64,000 bases of DNA from Stylophora pistillata (taxonomy: Eukaryota): the NCBI RefSeq assembly GCF_002571385.2, contig NW_019217804.1, forward strand, positions 526,387 to 590,386. Direction: 5' to 3'. The notes under the pieces were generated by a model that saw nothing but the letters and a program-made list of their open reading frames with translations, ran no database searches and had not been told where the DNA came from. This document shows positions 1 through 12,124 of the stretch, in pieces (position 1 is the first letter of the stretch; every line of letters starts with the position of its first letter). A program made the position numbers and the translations under genes.

Positions 1-1275
1 AAAATAGCCATAGAATAAATGGTCAGTTTCGAGGGTAGCTAAATATGTTCACCCACCACTGATGTAGACTTAATCTGTATATAGGTTTACGCTTTCTATC
101 TAACAGGATCATCATTCCTTTGGCCTTATTCAAATCTTGCTGCAAATCTAGGGAAACCTTGTCGGTTGGTCATGTTTCCTATGTTTTCGAGTCGGAGATA
201 GTTTTACACTTTATCTAAGACATCACACCGCTCAAATCCCTAGACTCTTGTCCTCCAAATATATAGAAAAGAAGGAAATAAATCCCGTATCAACTGTTTT
301 TTATTGCTAACTAACCTATTTGAGAAGAGTGACTTTTATTGCAGGAGGTGGACCATTGTGTTTTGTGTGTGGGCGTTGACTATTTAACGATAATCGACTT
401 TAATATAATTGTTAGTGGAGCGGTTTATTAATTAAGTACCAGTCCTCCTCGTGATCTTGAGGATAGGAGCATGGAAATGACTAGTATTTCCTAATAAAAT
501 ATACATTGTGTGATAGCTAAATGTGAGAAGAGGGTAGAGGTTAGCATGAGATTATAAAGTGCAAGGGATTAAGTTTCACAATTTCTTGTTTGACGTACAC
601 CAGTCATGTATTAAACTTTTGAGAAGAAAAGAGAGATCACTTTGGATTTCAATTTTTTAATGCTTCATTGTTAATTTAACAACACCTCGCATACAGTTAC
701 ATTGTATGTTCTGATAATAAATCTTTAAAAGATCAACATATACACTGATTAGCATCAGTAACATCGTAGATAATAGTGTCAACATGGACTTTATAAAAGT
801 GTTTATTTCTCTAATTACAGAGCATGCTGTCAATCCAGGAACGAGGAACTCCTAAAGTTTGCTAGCGAAAAGATGCCCTCTCTAGCTTGAGTGTTGGCTA
901 AGGTACTTCTTGAATCAAGCCTTAAACTAAGCTTTGCTGTACTTTTTAAGAATTCACAGTCATAAAACTAATTGATAGTTAAATTAAGACTTGTAAAAAT
1001 TGAGTTTAGGTAGCAAGCTCGACCCCCTAAATTATTCTCCTCTAAGAATTTAACATTGTTTTTATGGGCAGTGCTCTTGTTGGATAGTTATCTATGTTTT
1101 GAGTTTTTTTCTAGAATTTTTGTTCATTTTCTCCACAGAATAACTTTAATTTAAATAAGTAAACATCGTGAAAAGTGTAATACTTTTTCAGTATTCTAAT
1201 AATACGGTAAGAGCAGTTAGTCTAAATAAGTCTATTTGCTCTGCCAGAGAGCAACGTGTTCAGTAATAAATAGGT

Positions 1276-1374
1276 TTAGATGCAAGTCAACACTTCAGTG
1301 AGAACATCCTTCAGTGTGTAGAGAATGACATAGTTTCTGTAAGTCTTCACCACATCATCAGTTATGGTTACACT
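1276..1374 (-). CDS. Terminal coding exon (exon 5) of an additional or allelic copy of the secreted helical-cytokine-like gene; upstream exons lost in the N gap at 1405-1416
   Basis: AG acceptor, then SVTITDDVVKTYRNYVILYTLKDVLTEVLTCI-TAA, the same peptide as copy A exon 5. Segment 1-1404 is near-identical to about 2993-4378. Confidence 0.6.
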   Translation of the reverse strand, partial: SVTITDDVVKTYRNYVILYTLKDVLTEVLTCI

Positions 1375-4257
1375 CTACAAAAGTAAAAAAAAAAAAAAAA
1401 AAAANNNNNNNNNNNNTTCGTCGTTCGTTCACTTTGTAAATGACATCATTTTGAATTCATAAAACTGTATCTCTTGATCTTTGTCGACTGTTTCTTCCGT
1501 TGCAGTCTTATTTTGTCAAATAGATCTTAGAGTTTGTATTTTATGTGTGGTATTCAGTAAGTTTGACTCCACGAACGCAGTGTACATGTAACCTCAAGGA
1601 TTTATATTATTTTGCAGTAAAAATGGAAATGACTATAAAATTCTATATAGATTGTTGAAATATCGTATGCCGCAGGTTAAATAAGTGCTGCTTATCGGTT
1701 TACATGAACCCAGAAAGTGTAAAGTCCTTAGGAAACTACGCACCTGGAAAAACTTTGATTTAATGGGTCACAGTTCAGAGTTTTCTTTTGGGATAAAGGG
1801 AGCTCGTTTACCGCTTCCGCCTCTTCAACAGTAATACTCCTGTTATCAAAGTTATTGCTGAAAAGGAAGGAACGCTTCGTTTATCACGACGATCTACGAA
1901 AAAAAAGAAACCTTGACAACAACATCTTATGTATCTCATATCATCATAGAGCGTGGAAGAGGAGAAGCATAATGATTAAATGATTTAATTGCAATGTATC
2001 CATATCGATAGGTGATTTTTTCAGCGTCTAGCTATACAAATATTTGTAATGTTTTTCATTCCCAGCGTGAGCGGGCCGCACGGGTCGATTGATGTGACTT
2101 CGGAGTTGACGTAACTTTATTTTCGATCATGTTGAACAAAACAAGCCATTGTCATCGAAAACAGGTCATTAACTTATGAGGTTAGGCCCTTGATTGGTAA
2201 TCTATCTATACTTTGTCAACATCTGTGCTTTGTCACTATTCTCAGTAATATCAAGCAAGGGTCAAGGAAGAGTGGTCTCAATTGCCGAAGAAATGATCAA
2301 CATATCCCATTTGGTGACTTGACGCTTCATGAGCAGATCATTTCATTGCATTAGAGGATAGATTTTATCCTTTGAAACCTATCGTTGTTATTAATAATCT
2401 TCAAACTCGAGAAATAAAAAATTCAACGGACGGATGAGTTCTTCAGTCCTTCTTGATAAAATGATAAAATACCTTGAGATAGTGAAGGAACCTTATATAC
2501 GGGGTAAAACTATCAGGACGATCTTTCATTAAAACGGAAGAGAAATAAATACAAAGTGCATCTGTACCAAGAACTGTTCATGCATGGTACATGTTCGTGT
2601 AATATGCCAGTTGCTACCATAGAACACATAGAATCTGTGCTGAACAGCTATAACTTTCGCAAGTGTATACTGGCTTTTGCGTGACAAGCTTGGCTTTTCG
2701 CGTGCTAGAAAATATCAAAAGGTCAATTGGTCGTTTGAACTTTATTTTCTAAATGTGGAGATAACAAGAACTGACAAGACACCCCTTCTTGATTTTAGTT
2801 GTTCCGTGTCACTTGTAGTCGACAAATCCAATCCCTTGAAAGCATATCCGGGATTGTTATCCTTTTTTATCTGCACTAGTAATCTTGTTTGTATGCGAGT
2901 GTTAAAGTTCAGTTCTTATTAGACGATGACCGAAAGAAGTTTGTAACAACAAGCACGTTAAACTGTAAACAATGCATCATAACTTTTCAAAGAAAATAGC
3001 CATAGAATAAATGGTCAGTTTCGATAGTAGCTAAATATGTTCACCCACCACTGATGTAGACTTAATCTGTATATAGGTTTACGCTTTCTATCTAACAGGA
3101 TCATCATTTGTTTGGTCTTTTTCAAATCTTGCTGCAAATCTAGGGAAACCTTGTTGGTTGGTCATGTTTCCTATGTTTTCGAGTCGGAGATAGTTTTACA
3201 CTTTATCTAAGACATCACACCACACAAATCCCTAGACTATTGTCTTCGAAATATATAGAAAAAAAGGAAATAAATCCCGTATCAACTGTTTTTTATTGCT
3301 AACTAACCTATTTGAGAGAGTGACTTTTATTACAGGAGGTGGACCATTGTGTTTTGTGTGTGGGCGTTGACTATTTAACGATAATCATTGTTAGTGGAGC
3401 GGTTTATTAATTTATGTACCAGTCCTCCTCGTGATCTTGAGGATAGGAGCATGGAAATGACTAGTATTTCTTAATAAAATATACATTGTGTGATAACTAA
3501 ATGTGAGAAGATGGTAGAGGTTAGCATAAGATTATAAAGTGCAAGGGATTAAGTTTCACAATTTCTTGTTTGACGTACACCAGTAATGTAATAAACTTTT
3601 GAGAAGAAAAGAGACATCACTTTGGATTTCAATTTTTTAATGCTTCATTGTTAATTTAACAACACCTCGCATACAGTTACATTTTATGTTCTGATAATAA
3701 ATCTTTGAAAGATCAACATATACACTGATTAGCATCAGTAACATGGTAGATAATAGTGTCAACATGGACTTTATAAAAGTTTTTATTTCTCTAATTACAG
3801 AGCATGCTGTCAATCCAGGAACGAGGAACTCCTAAAGTTTGCTAGCGAAAAGATGCCCTCTCTAGCTTGAGTGTTGGCTAAGGTACTTCTTGAATCAACC
3901 CTTAGACTAAGCTTTGCTGTACTTTTTAAGAATTCACAGTCATAAAACTAACTGATGGTTGAATTAAGTCTTGTAAATATTGACTTTAGGTAGCAAGCTT
4001 GAATCCCTAAACCGTTGTCCTCTAAGAAATAAATATTGTTTTTATGGGCAGTGCTCTTGTTGGATAATTATTAATGTTTTGAGTTTTTTTTCTAAAAGTT
4101 TTGTTAATTTTTTTCCACGGAATAACTGTAATTTAAATAAGTAAACATCGTGAAAAGTGTGGTACTCTTTCAGTATTCTGATAATACGGTAAGAGCAGTT
4201 AGTCTCAATAAGTCTATTTGCTCTGCCAGAGAGCAACGTGTTCAGTAATAAATAGGT

Positions 4258-5972
4258 TTAGATGCAAGTCAACACTTCAGTGAGAACATCCTTCAGTGTG
4301 TAGAGAATGACATAGTTTCTGTAAGTCTTCACCACATCATCAGTTATGGTTACACTCTACAAAAGTAAAAAAAAAAAGAAACATTATTGATTAAAATTTC
4401 ATGTCTAAATATTGGTTTTATTTTTTTAAGTTTTTTCGCTATGATAGTGTTGAAAATCACTGTAAAGATCCTCTACTTATGCTTAATTTGATGTTTGGCA
4501 ACTTGAATTTAGTAAGATATGTAAGAAAGTTAAATGATGCATGTAAGACTCGTATGAAAAATTAACACTTGACGCCAAACACTACATTTTCTAGAGGTTT
4601 CAACGAAGACTGAGAACGGGATACCTCTTAGATTCTATACCGCTTTGGGGTTCGTATTTCTTTTTTAGTTTGCGTTTTGCTTTATGTATCCTTTACAGTT
4701 GAAGGAATGATTATCATTTGAATCCTTTTTTTCTTACCACACGTTTGTTATTGACCATCGCCTGTAAATATGCTTTAGTATAATGATCCAGGCTCGTCTC
4801 TGAGATGTGCTGAACAGCGGGTATTGAGGCACCAGTTTTCGTTATCTTAGATTTAACAAAGGGTAAATATTAGTGGCGGAAAAAAATAGGCAACACTGAC
4901 AATTTACGTTTCTTTGCACTGGGCTTCAAAGCTGGAACAACAATATTTTGAGTCTGCTCAGCTAGCTAGTCTTTGGGTATTCGCTTCCTTTCTAAAGCCT
5001 GTGCGATTTTTATTTCGTCGACGTATGGCGACTTAGCTACTTTATTCCACCATCAGTGAAAAAAATGTAAGTCTCCCCATAAGCGAATTGTAATATTAGA
5101 AGGAAGGTAACTTACCTCGCGTCTCACTCTCCACACTGTAGTATTTAGGTGAAAACTGGTGTCTTTGAGTGCACTTGCCAACACTTTGTGCTGAGATCCT
5201 TTAGCTTCCTCATATGAGTAAGCCAAGTATAGTGGATGGATGAAGTTGTAAAGGTGCATAAAAGCAATCGAAAAGTTGTCTTTCTTTTGCTGAGCAGAAC
5301 CAAAAAACACAGAAATTATGCAAATTGTTATCATTTTATAGTGCCAGTGACTTACAGAGGAGAAAGTTTTGTCAATCATTTACCATAGTTTGGTGTTATA
5401 CTTTAGTGCCAGTGCCTCAGACCCCTACGCGTCTGGAGAAATCACTCGCTCTTGTTTCTCTGTTTTGCCCTGTATTTGGCTATTGCCTCCGAGTTAGATT
5501 GATAAATAACCATGCTTGAAATGTTTATCCGTTTAAAATGTCCTTCCGCTGACTGAAAAAAGACTTTTCCTCAAAAAAAAAAAGTCGAAAGGTGAATTTC
5601 TTCATACTCACAAGATCTGAGGAACATACAGTCGTGTCAGCCACTCCAAGAATGAGGGACGTCTCCTTTAGATCCCAGTTAGAAGCTATGAATTGATGGA
5701 CCTTTAACATCTGCGGATAAAATAACGATGTTTTGCTTTAAAAAATTCTGAAAGTAGTGTTTTACAAGCAGCTTTACTTCAGAAGTAGAAGCAAGAGAAT
5801 AAATATGCGAATACCGTACCTCTTTTGTGGCGTTGGATCTTGATGGCATAAGTGAAAGTCTGATGACAATTTCAGCATCACTTGGTCGGTAACTCGTCGG
5901 AGCTGTCCAAGCCACTGCGCTCATTGTGGTTACTATAAATACGGCAGCGAACAAGTACTTGCAGAATTCCAT
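4258..5972 (-). CDS. Secreted helical-cytokine-like protein, copy A (210 aa, 5 coding exons)
   Basis: Exons 5972-5820, 5710-5612, 5289-5116, 4845-4738, 4356-4258; all introns GT-AG and phase 0. Protein: MEFCKYLFAAVFIVTTMSAVAWTAPTSYRPSDAEIVIRLSLMPSRSNATKE/MLKVHQFIASNWDLKETSLILGVADTTVCSSDL/QKKDNFSIAFMHLYNFIHPLYLAYSYEEAKGSQHKVLASALKDTSFHLNTTVWRVRRE/ITKTGASIPAVQHISETSLDHYTKAYLQAMVNNKRV/SVTITDDVVKTYRNYVILYTLKDVLTEVLTCI*. Hydrophobic N-terminal signal peptide. The gene model is well supported; the cytokine label is inference. Confidence 0.85.
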
Positions 5973-8900
5973 TTCTAGTGAACCAAAATTTGATTAGCAA
6001 AGTCAGAGTAGAATCCCACAGAGTATAATGATTCACATGACAAGGGCACTCCTATCATTTAACGCAAGCTGCGAGGAATCTTTTGGTAGCTAATTCGTTA
6101 CTTAGTCTTCAATAATTCCTGGTCGCTTTTGGTAAAGATTTATCCGGAGGAAAGTCAGGTCGAATTTAGTTTCCCTTAGGTTGAATAATAAATGGAAGAA
6201 GACATGTCTTCAAGAGGGATGTTTTAAAACCCGTGTGAAGAAAAGGTTTTAAAGTGTAAATTCCGTTAACATAAATTTCCAGTCTCTTAATACAGGGTAT
6301 CGAGAGATGTAACTCCTCACTTTCACAATCAATTCGACTTACCTTTTCTCCTGATTCAAATCTTGCCTTGGCTTCTTTTGCTGTATCTAGAATAAATTGA
6401 AGGTGAAGTGCGTTTTGACTGACTCTTATACCAAACCAAAAGGAAGCTGTTTTATCTTAGGTGTATTCCTGGTTAATCATTTTCCGTTTTTTTGTCGTTC
6501 GTTCGTTCTGTAAATGAATCATTTTGAATTCATAAGTTTTGAACCGTGTTAACTGTTCCTTCCGTAGCAGTCTAACAATCCATTCTTGTTTTTATTAAAT
6601 GGATTTGGTAAGTTATGTTTGGTATGCAGTAATTCTGACTCCGCGAAACTAATGCAACTTCACAGATTTATGCTATTTCGCATGCAGTATAAATTCAAGG
6701 GGCTGTAAATTCCATATGGATGTTGACAAATTATTTGCGTTAGGTAAAACAAATGCTCCTTATCGGTTTACAACAATCCAGAAAGTTGTAAAGCCCCTGG
6801 AAAACTAGGTATCCGGGAAAATTTGATTTAACTGGTCACGATCCTGATTTTTCTTTATGGATAAGTGGACTTCGTTTATCGCTTCCGCCTCTTCAACGGC
6901 AATGCACCAAGGTTCTTGGTAAGAAAGGAAACAATCACTCAAAAGAAAAGCGTGACAACAAATATCTTAAGTATCTCATCTAATCACGAGATTAGACGAG
7001 AGGTAGTACAATGAGAGACGAATTAATGTTATTGTGATGTATCATTATCGAAAGATATTTTGGCTGGTGTTTGCTTAGACACATCTTTGAGAATTTTATC
7101 ATCAAAAGCGCGTGCCGGGCCTTTCAGGTTTAATGATAAACTGAAATATTCTCAATGTGAGGTTCGTGTTGACGTAACTTTATTTTCATGTCGTTTGATG
7201 CACAAAACCAGCCGCTATCACCGGAAATGGGTGATTAGTTTATGGGTTTCGCCCGCTCATTGGTAAGAAGCGTTCTATTTGTATTTTGTCACTGTTCTTC
7301 GTAATATCAAGGATGGTGGAGTCGGAGGAATGAATGATTTGTGGCAATCAGTGCTTTGACAATACACCAACAGATAATTTCGTGGCATAAGAGGATAGAA
7401 TTTGTCATTTGAATTTTCTCGTTCTTTGATCATAATCTTAAATGACTAGAAACAGAAAATAGAGTTTGTATACAGTGAGGGATGAGTTCTTCCTTCTTGT
7501 TACATGTATGATTAAACGTTGTGATGGTGAGAGAACACTAGTACAGATAAAATAATCACGACCAAACAACGATCATTCACACTGTGTGTATCGGTGCCAT
7601 GAACTGTCTATGCACGGCATATGTCCATTAAACATGCCAGTCGCTTTTATAGAAGACGTAGAATCCGTGCTCGAAAGTTAGGGCCCCCGCAAGTATATCC
7701 TAGCCTTTGCGTGAGAAGCTTGGCGTTTTCCGCGTGCTAGAAAACATTAAAAGGTAAAATGTTTTAAATATGGGGCTAACAATAGCTGCAAAAAAATCCT
7801 TTATTTTTGTTTAGATCTATAGCGTTAGTTGTAGGATTTCAATATCGTTCCTTATGAAAATGTATTCAGGAAAATTATGTCTAATATCGTTGATTTCCTC
7901 AGTTGATGCCTTAACAATCCTTTTTCATCTTCACCGGTAAACGTGCAAATTTCCGGTTTTCGTAAAGTGTCTATTAGTAGTTCTTGGACGATCGCCAAAT
8001 AAGATTGTGACAACATGCACTTTATCATGACACGTACCATAAAGTAGATATTAGGTTTGGTTCATGTTGAGTATGTTCATTCAAATTGACGTCATGTGTC
8101 TGATGACGCGGAGGCGGCGTTTAAGACTTAATCTTCAAGTCGTCCAGTCAAGGTTTAGAATTACAATAACACGTTTGCAAACCTCACGCTTAATGGAAGT
8201 TCATCATTCATTTGGACTTTTTGATTGAGTCTTGTCGGAAAAACCTTCTCTCGGTTATGCCAGACGTCAGTAGATCCTATTTCGTGTTTTCCAACTTGGA
8301 GATAAATTCTCATATAATCTAAGGCATCACTGTACATAGTTATCATCTTTGTTTAAAAGAGAATAGGCGAATGGATCGATAAATACAGAAGTATAAGTAA
8401 ATGTAATGAACTATAAAAGAAAAAGGAAAGAAAAACAAAGACTACCCTGATTTTTGTATGGCCGTGTACTACTAGACGATAATCGACTCGAAATACCATT
8501 CTTTGCGGAGTTGTCTGTAAATAATATCTACCAGTCTCTCTCGTGATGGCAAGGATAGAAGCATGGAAATGAACAGTATTTCCCGATGAAATACATTTTA
8601 TGATAACTTTGTTTCAGAGCAGTTAAGCCTCTATTATCTCTGTGAAATGTTCAGCAAGCATCCGTGGACGATAATCCTACTCTTGTAGGTTGGATTTGTT
8701 TGGTCTTTTGTTAACGAGCGAAATTAAGGCTTTCGTGAATTTTTACAGATACCACAATGTATGAGGAAAACAGAACACACTATCTGTTTTTTCAAAGGCT
8801 TTATTGTTAATTTAACAACACCTCGCATGTAATTTGCATTTTATATTCTAACAGTGAATCTTTAAAATACAATGATTATCATCAGTTACACGGTAGATAC

Positions 8901-10610
8901 TGGTCTCAAAATGGACTTTTTCAAATGTTTCTTTCTATATTTACAGAGCTTGCAGTCGATTTAAGAACGAGGAACTCCAAGTCAGGATAAAGATGCCCTC
9001 CATTTTTTGAGTCTTAGCTAAGGTACTTTTTGAATTATTTTTCATACTGAACCGGTTTTTTTTTTTATCCTCCTGAAGAATTTTTCCTTAATGAATACTG
9101 ATTGTTATGCAGTAATTTTGACTCCCAGAAACCAATGCGATTTCACAGATCTATTAAGGAAAAACGCGTTTATCTTACAGTGTAAATGGGAATGGCAATG
9201 TAATCCATTGATAGATTTTAACAACGTACTTGCTTTTGGTCAACTAAATTCTATTTATCGGTTTACAAATATCCCGAAACCATAAAAGCCCCTGAAAAAG
9301 AGGGCATCCGAGAGATCTTTAATTTAATTGATCACAATCCTGATTTTTTTCTTTGCAAGTCGATCTCGTTTATCGTTTCCGTCTCCTTAATGGTAATGCT
9401 CTATCAAGGTTCCTGGGAAGAAAGGAAGAAAAGCTGCGTTCATAGCTGCAATCAGGAAAAGTGAAAGCGTGACAACAAATAGCTGACGAATCTTCTATCA
9501 TTATAGAGCTTAAGAGAAAATAACGAGAATGAGACATACCATGGTTTATTGTTTTGTATCATCATCTGTAGATGATGTGTCTGGTGTTTAGCTGAACGCA
9601 TATTTGAAATGTTTTTTATTCAAGGGCGTGCGGGGCCCTTAGGTTAAATGATCACTTGATATATTTACCATGCGACTTCTGTGTTGTCGCAGGGACCAAG
9701 ACAGCCGTTATCACCGGAAATGGGTCATTAGTTTACGGATTTATGTCCTTAACTTGATTGCTGATATGCGATGTGTTTGTACTTTGTCACTCTTCTCAGT
9801 AATAAGGAATACGTCAAGAGGCAGTTATCTAAATTAAAGTCATGAGCAAAATATCCCATTTGGTGACTTGACGTTACATGAACAGACGACTTCAATTTCA
9901 TTCTTTGAATGTTGTTGTTCGATATTTACAATTTACCATCCCAAGGAAGGGAGAATTGACTTCGAATATCGCGAACAGATGATTTCTTCCTTCTTGATTT
10001 AATCAAAAAATAAATTATAACGGCGACAAACCATATGTGACCTGAAGACGACCTTCATGAAAAAAAACACAGTTATGATAAATATAAACAGAGCGCATCT
10101 GTACCCTGTACTATTCACGAGATGTTCGTTAGTGTGCTAGTCGCTGCTACAAAGCACAGACGAGACAATTATGACTTTCTTAAGTGTATCCCACCCTTTG
10201 CATGAGAATTATGGCGTTTGTGCGTGCTGGAAATATTAAAAGGTCAAATGGTTGTCTTAACTTGATGTTATGAATACTGGGCGATCAACAGCTGACAAGA
10301 CAATCCTTTCTTATGTTTAATAGTTTAGTGTTACCTTTAAGTTAACAATACCATTCCCCTGAAAGCATATCCGGGAAAACTATTTTCTAATCTTTCTTTT
10401 CCTCAATCGATGCATCAACAATCTTTTTTCATTTTCACCGGTAAACGTGTAGATATCCGGTTTTGGTAAAGCGTTCATAACCTCCATGTACGTTAAGGTT
10501 CCGTTCTTACTTAAACGATCAGCGAAAGAAGAGTGTGACAACAAGCACTTCATGACATGTATCATAATTTATCAAAGAGAAGAGTTGCAAAATTGATGAC
10601 TTATCCAAAT

Positions 10611-10841
10611 ATATGAACTTCATATATTCATTGTATCTGATTTATCATCACAGGTTTATTACGAATCAACTTAACGGCCTGTTCCCAGTTGGCTTGTTAG
10701 CTCAATTGGTAGAGCGCTGCACTAGTATAGCAGAGGTCAGTGGTTCGAATCCCGTACAGGCCTGATTTTTTTCAGGTCTGATTTTCGCTATTGCATAAAT
10801 AGCGCTCTCTACTGCGAGGATCGTGCATCATACGTATCCAT
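10611..10841 (+). mobile_element. tRNA-derived SINE-like insertion
   Basis: tRNA-like core at 10691-10763: GGCTTGT/ACAGGCC acceptor stem, A-box TAGCTCAATTGG, B-box GGTTCGAATCC, imperfect anticodon stem, followed by a T-run and extra body sequence. Absent at the homologous position of the other tandem units (about 16085 and 31170). Boundaries approximate. Confidence 0.7.
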
Positions 10842-12124
10842 ATGTGTTTACTCAGTTTGACTTTATCTGCGTGTTAAGGAGTCTGCGCTTTCTATATTTT
10901 CGATTTATCATTCGTTTCTCTATTTTTAGATCTTGTTTCAATTCTAGGAACACCTTTTCTTGGTTATGTATGACATAAGTTCTGCTTCTTATTTCCCAAC
11001 TTAGAGATAGGTTTTCTCTTTATGTAAGGCACCACATAAATAACATTTCTTTTAATGAAAATAGGCATATAGATCGATAAATAGACAAGTTTATATAAGT
11101 AAATGAAATGAAGTATAAATGATCAAGAAGATAAATCCCGTATCGACTTAACTTTATGTCTATTTGACTTGATTGAGAAAAGTGGCATTTATTACAGGAA
11201 GTGGATTGCTCTTTTTTTCTGTTTGTAGCCGTTAACTACCCAAAGGTAATCGACTTGAGTACTTTAAATAGTAGTGTGGTTTATTAAAAGTCTGCCAATC
11301 CTTCGTGTGATCTTGAGGATCGAGGCATGGAAATGAACAGTAATTGCCCATGAAAATACTCGAAATGATGACTAAATTTCAGAGAAGTCAAGCTTCTATT
11401 TTGTCATTATCTTTGTTGGTTGTCTCAAATCTGAATGCATATTGCTTTTCGCTCGTATGTTTGTTTTTTTTTCAGTTGTGAACGAGAGAAAGTAAGGCTT
11501 TCACAGTAATGTACAACATTTTGTTGGAAAAATAGGCCACACTTTGAATTTCAATTTTCTAACACTTTATTGTTAATTTAACAATATATCGTGTACAGCT
11601 ACACTTTCTATCGTAAAAGTAAATCTTTAAATGATCAACATATACACTGATTATCATCAGTAACACGGTGAATAACAGTCTCAATATGGACTACTAAAAA
11701 TATTTCTTTCTATTTTACAGAGCACGCAGTCGATTCAAGAACAAGAGGCTCAGAAAGACTAAGTCAGGACAAAGGTGCCCTCCACTGTAAGGTACTTTTC
11801 GAATCATTTCATAGAATCATTCTTTTCGAGTCATTTCTTTCTTTTGTGCCTCCTAAGAATTGCTATTTTATGGAAAATGATAGTCGAATTAAAATCTTAA
11901 AAAGCTTCAATTCCTGTTCTCCTCAATTTATAACTATCGCTTTGTTGGGCAGTACTCTTGTTAAATCGTTGAACAAGTTTTGAGTTTCTTGTTCGGTTTC
12001 CTAAGATGAATTTCTAAAAAGCAAATCTTTAAATACGTAAATATAAAGAGATATCTTCCAATGCAAGTCATAAGTGAATAATTTGCTCTGCCAGAGAGCA
12101 TTTCGTTCAGTCACATAAATAGCT

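Noticed and set aside
4258-5972. Assigning a vertebrate gene symbol (IL6, LIF, IFN) to the family
   Set aside because: Similarity is limited to architecture and one helix pattern; orthology cannot be supported without structural and phylogenetic analysis.
10380-10565. Recurrent small ORF MIHVMKCLLSHSSF (also 30938-31123 and related 7852-8040) as a second gene family
   Set aside because: It recurs only because the spacer was duplicated; other units have stops or indels in this frame and no consistent splice sites are evident.
10691-10763. Functional tRNA gene (Thr-like, AGT)
   Set aside because: The anticodon and T stems are imperfect, and it sits inside a larger insertion private to one repeat unit; better explained as a tRNA-derived SINE.
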